DNA of 64,000 nucleotides from an uncultured Selenomonadaceae bacterium (GTDB taxonomy: Bacteria > Bacillota > Negativicutes > Selenomonadales > Selenomonadaceae): assembly GCA_937902665.1 (NCBI GenBank), contig CALELM010000046.1, positions 3,740 to 67,739 on the forward strand. Direction: 5' to 3'. Shown here piece by piece: positions 44,774-53,693 of this stretch (position 1 is the first letter of the stretch; every line of letters begins with the position of its first letter). The translations under genes and the position numbers were made by a program. The notes below the pieces were generated by a model, which had not been told where the DNA came from, searched no databases, and saw only the letters and a program-made list of their open reading frames with translations.

Positions 44774-46242
44774 AGATTTCGGCAGTAACGATTGCAAGGA
44801 ATGAGGCAGAAAATCTTCCGCAATGGCTAAAGAGCGTAAAGCAATATGCCGATGAAATTATTGTCGTGGATACCGGTTCAGAGGATGCTACGGTGGAGAT
44901 TGCGAGAGAAGGCGGCGCAAGGGTGGAGTTTTTTGCATGGTGCAATGATTTTGCGGCGGCAAAGAATTTTGGCATTGAGCAGGCAAGCGGAGACTGGATT
45001 GCCTTCTTGGATGCGGATGAGTATTTTGATGATACGGATGCGCCAAAGGTGCGTTCCTTGCTGTCGACATACCACAACCAGCCGAGGGTGGTTGCGATTA
45101 CTTTGAAGCTTGTCAATATTGACAAGGACACGGGAAGGAACATGGGGACCTCCTTTCCCTGCACGAGACTGTTTCGGAACGTGCCGTGGATTCGTTACGT
45201 CGGTTCGATTCATGAGAACCTGAGAAACATAACTCCTGAGAAGGAGGCAGAAATGAAGCTCGTTTCGTGGCTTCGGATCTACCATACGGGATATTCCGCC
45301 TCGGTCATCAAGCTAAAATCAAAACGGAATTTGGACATGATTTTGGACAGGCAGAAAAGGATAGGTTTCCAGCCCTTGGACGATTATCATCTTATGGACA
45401 GCTATTATTCCCTTGCTGATTATGAGAAGGCAATCTATCATGCCAAGCGGGCGGCCGCAGATCGCTATCAGCCGCTTGGCACGGAGCAGCGTATTTATAT
45501 GGTGTGGCTGCAATGCATGATGCTGATAAACGCACCAGCAGACGAATTTGAGGAGATCTTGAGGGAGGCAAGGGAAAAATTTCCGCAGGCAGCCGCCTAT
45601 TGGTTCTTGGCAGGTTCTGCGAAGTGGAAAAGCAAGGATTATCTGGGTGCAGAGCGTGAATTCATGGAAGGGTTGCTGCTCTATGAGCGCAATGGGTGCG
45701 AGGACGATTCGGCAGAGCGGCTTTTGCCCATGACTTATGAGTATTTGGGAGAGATTTGCTATATGCAGCATCGCTTTGAGGATGCGAAGGCATTTTTGAT
45801 GGAGGGCTTGCGCTGGAAGAAGCAAAGCTCCCACATGCTATGGATGTTGCTGGGACTTTGGCAGGGCGATGCAGAGGTGGAGATAATCCAGCGGCTGAAC
45901 AAGCTTTATGACAGGACGCAGGATGCCGAGTTCCTTGTGCAGGTGCTGAGTCGGACAACACTTTATCAAGCGACCTTGTATTATGACCGCTTGGCGGGCA
46001 ATGTTCTCGGAGACGTTGGGCGATATCTGCGCTCTGGGCATGCAAATGCCGCTGTCGCAGGTCTTGTCACGGAATTGGAGCGTTCTTATGTGGCAGGACA
46101 TTCGCTGGCAGGAATTCTTCAGGGGCAAACGGCATCGCTCATGGAGTATCTTTTGCCGCCGGTTTATCGGCAGGAGGGAGAAGCTTCTTCTGCGCGCATG
46201 CGGAAGCGTTTGGAACGGATGAGAAAATATTGGATGGATTAG
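44770..46242 (+). CDS. Single-module GT2-TPR glycosyltransferase
   Basis: MKISAVTIARNEAENLPQWLKSVKQYADEIIVVDTGSEDATVEIA...GDWIAFLDADEYF...YHTGYSASV is the same module as in the 1321-aa ORF. The start overlaps the upstream stop (ATGA). Confidence 0.85.
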   Translation: MKISAVTIARNEAENLPQWLKSVKQYADEIIVVDTGSEDATVEIAREGGARVEFFAWCNDFAAAKNFGIEQASGDWIAFLDADEYFDDTDAPKVRSLLSTYHNQPRVVAITLKLVNIDKDTGRNMGTSFPCTRLFRNVPWIRYVGSIHENLRNITPEKEAEMKLVSWLRIYHTGYSASVIKLKSKRNLDMILDRQKRIGFQPLDDYHLMDSYYSLADYEKAIYHAKRAAADRYQPLGTEQRIYMVWLQCMMLINAPADEFEEILREAREKFPQAAAYWFLAGSAKWKSKDYLGAEREFMEGLLLYERNGCEDDSAERLLPMTYEYLGEICYMQHRFEDAKAFLMEGLRWKKQSSHMLWMLLGLWQGDAEVEIIQRLNKLYDRTQDAEFLVQVLSRTTLYQATLYYDRLAGNVLGDVGRYLRSGHANAAVAGLVTELERSYVAGHSLAGILQGQTASLMEYLLPPVYRQEGEASSARMRKRLERMRKYWMD

Positions 46243-46257
46243 GACGGTTGGAGCGGT

Positions 46258-49200
46258 ATGGAGCTACGGGACAGGATTTATCAGGCATTGGATGCAAGGC
46301 AGTTTGCCTCGGCACGGGAGGCGATTGCGGAACTGAAAGCAGAAGCACCTGCGGAGGCAGCGGGGCTTTTGGTGGCACTGGAGATTGAGGACGGCTGTTT
46401 GGATGAGGCGGCTGTTTCCTTGGAGGAGTTGCGTCAGCTGTCGCCGCAGGATATTTATACGAGGTTCTTGGAGGCAAGGCTTGCTTTTTCCCTTCATGAG
46501 TACCAAAAGGCAAGGCACATTTTGGAAGAGTTGCTGGCAGGTGATATGCCCGCCATATACTTGGAAAAGGTGCTGAACCTTTACGGTCAGTGCTGCAGGC
46601 TCTTCGGGGATTGCAGGGGGGCAGCAGAGAGCTATCGCTTGGCATCCGAGGTCGTTCCGTCACGGGAGCTGAAGGCACTGGAATACAGTGATTATCTGTT
46701 TAACCTGCACTATCTTCCGCAATCGCTTTGGGAGCAGAAACGGGAAGCCATCGGTTTTGGCAGGCTTTTTTCGGATGTCCCATGGTTTTTGCAAGGGTTT
46801 CCCGTGCGGGAGAAAAAACTTCGGATTGGGTATCTTTCGGGCGATTTTCGGAATCATGTGGTGCTTCGGTTTGTCTATGCCTTTTTTTTGCAGGTGGATA
46901 AGGAGCGGTTTGAGGTCTATGCTTATGCGAACCATTTGGAGGATGCATACAGCGAGCATCTAAAAACTCTGGTGGATGGCTGGAGAAATATCTATGGCAT
47001 TTCGGATGAGGAAGCGGCACGACTGATTTACGAGGACGAGATTGATATCCTTGTCGATTTTTCAGGGCATACGAAGGGAAACCGCCTGCCTGTTCTTGCG
47101 AGAAAGCCTGCGCCCGTGCAGATATCAGGGGTTGGTTATTTTGCTTCGACTGGGCTTCCTTCGATGGATTATTTTTTGAGCGATGCTTTTTTGGCAGAGG
47201 GAAATGCGCAGGATGGGTTTGCAGAGGAGCTTCTGGTCTTGCCGCAGAGCCATTTTTGCTATACTCCCATGCAGGAGGAAAACCTTCCGTGCATGGCACC
47301 GTTCGAGAAAAATGGATATGTTACCTTTGGAAGCTTTAATAATTTTGCGAAGGTCAATGATGAGGTTCTGCTGGTGTGGAGCAAGTTGCTTCGGGAGATG
47401 CCGACGGCAAGGCTCCTTCTCAAGGCGGATGCCTTTGCTTTTGAGGATACGAAAGCTGCGGCGTTGGAGAGATTGGTGCAGGCAGGGCTGGATATGCGTC
47501 GGGTAGAATGCCGTGCATGGTCTGAGGAATATCTTGCTGAGTACGGGGATATGGATATTGCATTGGATCCATGGCCGTATCCAGGGGGCGGAACGACCTG
47601 CGATGCGCTCTATATGGGTGTTCCCGTGGTGACGATGACGGGAGCAAGCCAAGGGGAACGCTTTGGGGCGAGCCTTTTGCAGAATCTCGGGCTTGCAGAG
47701 CTTGTAGCGAAAGATACGGCAGAGTATGCAAGTATTGCACTGGCACTGGCAGAGGATCGGGAGGCACTGTCGATGCTTCGCAAGAACCTTCGAGACATGA
47801 TGCAAAATTCGCCGTTGATGGATGTTTCGGGGTATCAGGAGAGCTTGGCAGCTGCGTATCAAATGGTGTGGCATCATTATTGCGATACGCAGGAGGAACT
47901 TACCTATGCAGAGCAGAGGATCTTGCTCTCCCGTATCGAGAAATGGCAGGAGCAGGGCGATCGGAGGCAGGCTGTCTCTGGAATGTCAAGGATCTTGGCA
48001 GGCTCCCAAAATCTGAGCCTTTTGTTTCGGCTGGCGGAGATCGCTATAGATGGCAAGGAAATTTCTATCGTGGAGGAAACTGCAAGGCAGATGGAGCAGT
48101 GCGGTCCAAGGCAGGGGGCAACGCTTCTGGTGCAGGCATATTTATGTTCCATGAAGCATGAAGCGGAGAAGGCACTGCTGTTTTCTGAAAGGGCAAGAAA
48201 TGCCGGCACGCTGGATAATGTGCAGATGGGAATGGCATGGCATTTGACGGCAAGCCTGCAAAAAGAGCAGGGAAAGAGAGCCCTTGCGGCACATTCCTAT
48301 TTGGAATCGAGCCGCTGGCAGGCAGCAAAGGAAAATGCTTTGGCAGAATACAGCAATTATCTTCTGAACCTGCATTACGGCGGTGAACGGGAGATATTCA
48401 GAACTGCGGCAGAGGGATATGGGATCTTGCTTGCAGATGTGAAGCGGTATTCTCACGACATGGCACGGCATAGGCATGCGAGACTTCGCATAGGATATAT
48501 TTCTCCTGATTTTTGCCGTCATGTGGCGGCATGCTTTGCAGGCGTGTTTTTTGCATCGGCAGATTCGCAGGTGTTTTCGGTCTATGCTTATTCGCTCTCC
48601 ATGGAGACGGATGCTGTGACGGAGGAGTTCCGTTCCCGTGCAGAGCATTTTATCGACCTTTCCGGCATGGATGCAGAGAAAGCGGCAAGGCGCATTTACG
48701 AGGATGAGATTGATATTTTGGTGGATCTTTCCGGACACACAGGAGGAAATGCGCTTCCCATTTTGGCAAGAAAGCCTGCTCCCGTGCAGGTTTCCGGCAT
48801 TGGTTATTTTGCGACTACGGGACTTTCAGCGGTGGATTATTTTCTGTCAGATGTTTCTTTGGCAGAGGCTGGCGCGCAGAGGGATTTTGTGGAACGGTTG
48901 CTGGTCCTTCCGCAGAGCCATTGGTGCTACCGCCCTGTGGCTGGGATGGAGCGTCCTGCAGGACCTGCACCGTTTCGGAAAAATGGATACATTACCTTTG
49001 GCAGCTTGAGCCATTGGGACAAGATTACGGATGAAATGCTCCTTGCGTGGGCAGAGATCTTGAACCGTGTGCAGGGGGCAAGGCTTTTCTTGAAATGCGG
49101 GGTATATTCCAATGAGGAACGGCTGCCAGAGGTTAAGAGACGCTTGCAGGAGGCAGGGATTCCACTGAAAGCCGTGACCTTGGAGGGGCGGACGGAGGAA

Positions 49201-51240
49201 TATCTTTCTGCTTATGACCGCATAGACATTGCACTCGATACTTGGCCGTATCTCGGCGGAGGAACGACCTGCGATGCCCTGTATATGGGAGTTCCCGTGG
49301 TTGCACGAAGGGATGTCACGCATCATGGCCGCTTTGCCTGCAGTATGCTGAAGCAGGCAGGGCTGGCGGAGCTTTGCGCAGATACGCTGGAAGGATATGT
49401 TCGTGAAGCCGTTCTTTTGGCAGGGAATCGGGAAAAGCTTGCAAGACTGCACCAGACGCTCCGGCGTACGTTGCGGCAGACGGCACTCATGGATGGCGAA
49501 CGGTATATGGCAGGCTTGGAAGATGCCTATCGGACGATTTGGCGCAGTTATTGCGAGGAAAACGGTTCGCCCTTGGATGAGGGGCGCTTGCAGAAGGAGT
49601 TTCTTGCAGCAAGGCAGGAAGGACATGCAGAAAAGGAGCAGCGCAGCTCTTTTTGGCTGACGAACCTTCCTGAAAGGCAGTTGGAGGCGGAACGGGTTTG
49701 TGCTTTTTCCTACTATAGAAGGAAACTGTACCGCAGGGCGTATGGTCTAGCTTCCCGTTGCGTGAGGCTGGATGCTGGCGATGAGGCTATGCTTTACGTT
49801 GCGATGGATTCCTTGGACAAGCTTGGCGAGCTTTCCAAGGTGCTGGAGGGGTGCGATACCTATTTCAGGACGCATGGTTCTCCTTATTCGGAATATGGGA
49901 AGAAACTTTTGCTCCTTCGTGCGTTTGTGGCATCGAAATTGGGCAGGGAATCGGCAGCGCAGTATTACAGGGAAGTTTATGAGAATGATCCTTCGGATAC
50001 GGATGCTTATGGATCGTGGCTCTTGGCGCACAATGGCTTTCCTGTGGACGAAGGAAGGTTTTTTGAGCTGTCCAAGGGGTTTGGCAGGCTGTTTGAGGGA
50101 ATCCAGCCCTATACGCATGAGGGGCATCCTGTGCATGAGAAGCTTCGTATCGGATATATTTCTCCGGATTTTCGGATTCATGTTATGTTTCACTTTTATA
50201 TCGCCATGTTTTTGGCGTATGATGCAGAAAAATTTGAAATCTATGGCTATCATTTGGGCGGGAAGACGGATGAGATTACGAAGCGGCTTGCAGGTCTGGC
50301 GAAGGGATGGCGCATGGTGCATGGCTGTTCCCCCAAGGAAATCGCTCAAATGATTCGGGACGATGAAATTGATATCCTGTTTGATTTGGCAGGGCATACG
50401 ATGGAGGGGGGGCTTCCTGTGCTTGCCTGCAAGCCTGCGCCTGTGCAGATTTCGGGACTTGGCTATATGGCAACAACGGGACTTCCTGCGGTCGATTATT
50501 TTCTGACGGATTCGTATGTAGATCCAGTGGGAATGACGGAAAGATACTTCACGGAGCGGTTGCTACGCCTAACGAGCCAGTTCTGCTACGCTGCTCCCTT
50601 TGGGACTGCGCTGGAAGCCTCGCAGGGAGCGCCCTGCAGGCAGCGTGGGTGGGTACTCTTTGGCGTGTTCAATGCTTATCGGAAGTATCGGGACGAAATG
50701 CTTTTGCTGTGGAAGAAGATACTGGAACGTGTTGCAGGCTCGAAAATCTTGCTGAAGTCGCAGGTGCTGTTCAGTCCTGCCATGCAGGAGGAAGCCTTTG
50801 AACGATTTGCTTCGCTTGGCTTTGATATGGATCGCGTGATTTTTGAGCCGGCAACGACCGATTACATGCAGCGTTATCTGGATGTGGATATTTCCTTGGA
50901 TACTTATCCCTATCCAGGGGGAGGAACGACCTGTGATTCCCTGTACATGGGCGTGCCAGTCATAGCCAAGTACGGGACGAGGCACAGCAGCCGCTTTACC
51001 TACAGCATTTTGGCAAATGTCGGTTTGGGGAGTCTTGCCGTGCAGACAGATGAGGAATATGTGGAAAGAGCCGTGCTGTTGGCAGAGGATAAGGAACTTT
51101 TGGATGCCTTGCATCGAAAGCTTCGCAGAATGATGGAGAAATCGAGCGTGATGGATACGGATGCCTATATGAGAGAGCTGGAGGAAGCATATCAGCGGAT
51201 TTGGAAGGAATATCAGGAAGGGACAGGGAGTCGGGTATGA
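46258..51240 (+). CDS. Tri-modular TPR-GT41 (O-GlcNAc-transferase/SPINDLY-like) glycosyltransferase
   Basis: Three ~550-aa reiterations. Each has helical repeats, then LRIGY(L/I)S.DF..HV, PAPVQ(I/V)SG.GY.A(S/T)TGL...DYFL(S/T)D, and YPGGGTTCD(A/S)LYMGVPV. The LRIGY blocks lie near 46818, 48484 and 50143. Confidence 0.85.
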   Translation: MELRDRIYQALDARQFASAREAIAELKAEAPAEAAGLLVALEIEDGCLDEAAVSLEELRQLSPQDIYTRFLEARLAFSLHEYQKARHILEELLAGDMPAIYLEKVLNLYGQCCRLFGDCRGAAESYRLASEVVPSRELKALEYSDYLFNLHYLPQSLWEQKREAIGFGRLFSDVPWFLQGFPVREKKLRIGYLSGDFRNHVVLRFVYAFFLQVDKERFEVYAYANHLEDAYSEHLKTLVDGWRNIYGISDEEAARLIYEDEIDILVDFSGHTKGNRLPVLARKPAPVQISGVGYFASTGLPSMDYFLSDAFLAEGNAQDGFAEELLVLPQSHFCYTPMQEENLPCMAPFEKNGYVTFGSFNNFAKVNDEVLLVWSKLLREMPTARLLLKADAFAFEDTKAAALERLVQAGLDMRRVECRAWSEEYLAEYGDMDIALDPWPYPGGGTTCDALYMGVPVVTMTGASQGERFGASLLQNLGLAELVAKDTAEYASIALALAEDREALSMLRKNLRDMMQNSPLMDVSGYQESLAAAYQMVWHHYCDTQEELTYAEQRILLSRIEKWQEQGDRRQAVSGMSRILAGSQNLSLLFRLAEIAIDGKEISIVEETARQMEQCGPRQGATLLVQAYLCSMKHEAEKALLFSERARNAGTLDNVQMGMAWHLTASLQKEQGKRALAAHSYLESSRWQAAKENALAEYSNYLLNLHYGGEREIFRTAAEGYGILLADVKRYSHDMARHRHARLRIGYISPDFCRHVAACFAGVFFASADSQVFSVYAYSLSMETDAVTEEFRSRAEHFIDLSGMDAEKAARRIYEDEIDILVDLSGHTGGNALPILARKPAPVQVSGIGYFATTGLSAVDYFLSDVSLAEAGAQRDFVERLLVLPQSHWCYRPVAGMERPAGPAPFRKNGYITFGSLSHWDKITDEMLLAWAEILNRVQGARLFLKCGVYSNEERLPEVKRRLQEAGIPLKAVTLEGRTEEYLSAYDRIDIALDTWPYLGGGTTCDALYMGVPVVARRDVTHHGRFACSMLKQAGLAELCADTLEGYVREAVLLAGNREKLARLHQTLRRTLRQTALMDGERYMAGLEDAYRTIWRSYCEENGSPLDEGRLQKEFLAARQEGHAEKEQRSSFWLTNLPERQLEAERVCAFSYYRRKLYRRAYGLASRCVRLDAGDEAMLYVAMDSLDKLGELSKVLEGCDTYFRTHGSPYSEYGKKLLLLRAFVASKLGRESAAQYYREVYENDPSDTDAYGSWLLAHNGFPVDEGRFFELSKGFGRLFEGIQPYTHEGHPVHEKLRIGYISPDFRIHVMFHFYIAMFLAYDAEKFEIYGYHLGGKTDEITKRLAGLAKGWRMVHGCSPKEIAQMIRDDEIDILFDLAGHTMEGGLPVLACKPAPVQISGLGYMATTGLPAVDYFLTDSYVDPVGMTERYFTERLLRLTSQFCYAAPFGTALEASQGAPCRQRGWVLFGVFNAYRKYRDEMLLLWKKILERVAGSKILLKSQVLFSPAMQEEAFERFASLGFDMDRVIFEPATTDYMQRYLDVDISLDTYPYPGGGTTCDSLYMGVPVIAKYGTRHSSRFTYSILANVGLGSLAVQTDEEYVERAVLLAEDKELLDALHRKLRRMMEKSSVMDTDAYMRELEEAYQRIWKEYQEGTGSRV

Positions 51241-53693
51241 GAAAATTGAGAATCGGCTATCTTTCGGATGGCTTTTGCCAAGGAGAGCAAAAGGATTTTT
51301 TGGCAGTGTATTTTACGGCAAAGGACAAATACTGCTTTGAGGTTTACGGGTATCAGGCAGGAAACGCAGATGCAGTTACAAAGCTGTTTGAGGAATCCGC
51401 AGATGGCTGGAACAACCTGCAGGGGAAATCCTCTTTGCAGGCGGTAAAGGAGATTCGGAAGGATAAGCTGGATTTGTTGGTGATTCTGGGAAATCCGTCC
51501 TGCACGGAGCTTATAGCGGAGCTTGCGGGGAAGAATGTGGCGGGATATATCCTGCAGGAGAAGTTTGACAGGTTCTGCTATACGCCCTTTGCCAAGGTGA
51601 GGAATTACGCCGTATATGCTCCTCTTTTGGACAGGGGCGATTTGACGATTGACTACTTGGACGGCAGGACGATGGAGGAGATCCCTTATCAGGAACTGGA
51701 TATAGGGCTTTATCGGCATACCCCCTCGCTGGCTGAGCTGTGCCATGCCATGGATAACGGGCTGCCTGTTGTGGTTTGCGATGAGGAAAAAAACGAGGGT
51801 ATCCGCTACATGATGGAGGAATTGGGGCTTGCCGGATGCTATGCGGTTACGGAGGTGGATTTTGCAAGGGCAGTGCTGAACCTGTCGGAACAACGGGAGG
51901 AAATTTGCAGGCTGCACCGAGAACTTCATGCAAGGCTTCATGCGTCAAAGCTTATGGATATCGGTCACTATATCATAGAGCAGGAAAGGAAATATTTCCA
52001 GATTGCTTATGGGGAGAAAAAGGAAAATGTGAAGAAGTTGCTTTCTGAGCTGGAGAAGCTGCAGGAAAAAAAGAATTGGAAGGAATATGTCCGCCTGCAC
52101 GGGAAATTGGTGGGAATGGAGGCTGTTCCAACGGAAAAGCTCCTGATTGGGGCATGGGCATATAATTTCTTGCAGGTTCCCATGCGAACCCTCCACTGGG
52201 CAAGGAAGGCAGAGGAGCATCATGCAGAAAAGCTTGCTACACAGCTGTATCTGCAGGCAAAGGCATTATGGGAAGAGGGACACTGGGCAGAGCTTGGCAA
52301 GGTCTGCCAAAGGATCTTGGATCTGGAAGAAGCCGGCAAGGAATTGCTCTCGGAAATCCGATTTGACGCATGGCGTTATATGGCATTTGTTTTTATTCGT
52401 TTGGGTGATGCAAGAACAACGATGGCATACCGAAAAGTCAGCGAGCTTTCGTCCAATGAAGTGGATCGGCGCGGTTTTTTCAGTGCCAGCTTGTTGTCCT
52501 ATAATTTTCAGGAGGTCTCCTTGCAGAAGCTGTATGAGGAACATGTTTCCTATAACCAGTTTTTTACGGGAATTGAGCCTTATACGAAGTGGCAGCACCA
52601 GAGCGGGGAAAAGCTGCGGATTGGCTATATTTCCCCTGATTTCCGCAATCATGTAATGAGTACCTTTTGCTGGCCCTTTTTGGCGAGCTTCAATCGTGAG
52701 AAATTTGAGGTTTATGCCTACAACATCAAGGGAAAGGATGATTATGCCAAAATTTTTTCTTCGCTCGTGACTTGCTGGCGTGATGTGAAGGGTAAGACGT
52801 GTGAGGAAATAGCACATCAGATTCATGAGGATGGCATTGACATTTTAGTAGATCTGGCAGGCCATACCTCAGATTCCGGGCTTCCTGCACTTGCATGGAA
52901 GCCTGCCCCGATTCAGGTATCGGGGCTTGGCTACATGACGACAACGGGACTTTCTGCCGTGGATTACTTTTTTACCGATAGCTTTGTGGATCCTGTGGGA
53001 CTGAATGAGGCATATTTTTCAGAACGCTTTTTGCGGCTCAAGAGCCAGTTCTGCTATAATGCGAACCTGAATCTCGCACCTTCGGAAGGAACGCCGGCAA
53101 GGGATCGGGGATGGATTCTCTTTGGTGTTTTCAATCAATATGTGAAGATTACGGATGAAATGGCTCTCGCATGGAAGGAGATTATGGAGCGTGTGCCAAG
53201 ATCGAGACTGCTCATCAAGAATGGAGCCTTTGCGGATGAGAGGGCGGTTCTGCTTGCCTATCGCAGACTGGAGGCACTGGGGATGGATATGAACCGCATT
53301 TATTTGGAGCCACCTTCCAAGGATTACATGGAGCGGTATTTGGAAGTGGATATTGCACTGGATACCTATCCGTATCCGGGGGGAGGAACGACCTGTGATG
53401 CGCTCTATATGGGAGTACCTGTGATTTCCCGTTACAGCAATCGCCACAGTGCACGGTTTACCTATGGCATGTTGTCGGTTGTCGGCTTGGAGGATTTGGC
53501 ATCGGATACAAGAGAAGGATATGTGGAAAAGGCTGTGGAGCTGGCGCATGATATGGAGCTTTTGGATGGGTTGCACAGGAATCTCAGAACGATGATGAAG
53601 GCTTCCAGACTGATGGATCCTGTGAAGTACATCGAAGATGTGGAGGAAAATTACTGCAGGATTTGGAAGGAATATCAGGAGGGAAAAGCGTGA
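51237..53693 (+). CDS. TPR-GT41-like glycosyltransferase with an N-terminal degenerate GT41-like pseudo-module
   Basis: The N-terminal ~260 aa keep LRIGYLSDGF and the overall outline but lack the PAPVQ and GGGTT blocks. The C-terminal module (LRIGYISPDFRNHV near 52611) is intact. The start overlaps the upstream stop (ATGA). Confidence 0.8.
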   Translation: MRKLRIGYLSDGFCQGEQKDFLAVYFTAKDKYCFEVYGYQAGNADAVTKLFEESADGWNNLQGKSSLQAVKEIRKDKLDLLVILGNPSCTELIAELAGKNVAGYILQEKFDRFCYTPFAKVRNYAVYAPLLDRGDLTIDYLDGRTMEEIPYQELDIGLYRHTPSLAELCHAMDNGLPVVVCDEEKNEGIRYMMEELGLAGCYAVTEVDFARAVLNLSEQREEICRLHRELHARLHASKLMDIGHYIIEQERKYFQIAYGEKKENVKKLLSELEKLQEKKNWKEYVRLHGKLVGMEAVPTEKLLIGAWAYNFLQVPMRTLHWARKAEEHHAEKLATQLYLQAKALWEEGHWAELGKVCQRILDLEEAGKELLSEIRFDAWRYMAFVFIRLGDARTTMAYRKVSELSSNEVDRRGFFSASLLSYNFQEVSLQKLYEEHVSYNQFFTGIEPYTKWQHQSGEKLRIGYISPDFRNHVMSTFCWPFLASFNREKFEVYAYNIKGKDDYAKIFSSLVTCWRDVKGKTCEEIAHQIHEDGIDILVDLAGHTSDSGLPALAWKPAPIQVSGLGYMTTTGLSAVDYFFTDSFVDPVGLNEAYFSERFLRLKSQFCYNANLNLAPSEGTPARDRGWILFGVFNQYVKITDEMALAWKEIMERVPRSRLLIKNGAFADERAVLLAYRRLEALGMDMNRIYLEPPSKDYMERYLEVDIALDTYPYPGGGTTCDALYMGVPVISRYSNRHSARFTYGMLSVVGLEDLASDTREGYVEKAVELAHDMELLDGLHRNLRTMMKASRLMDPVKYIEDVEENYCRIWKEYQEGKA

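Noticed and set aside
50406-50412. G7 homopolymer in the third GT41 module (G5-G6 runs also occur at the PGGGTT motifs of the other modules) as a phase-variation switch
   Set aside because: The runs arise from consecutive Gly GGN/GGG codons of conserved motifs. They are shorter than the G8 or longer tracts typical of phase-variable flagellar glycosylation genes. It is still worth a glance at read-level length heterogeneity.
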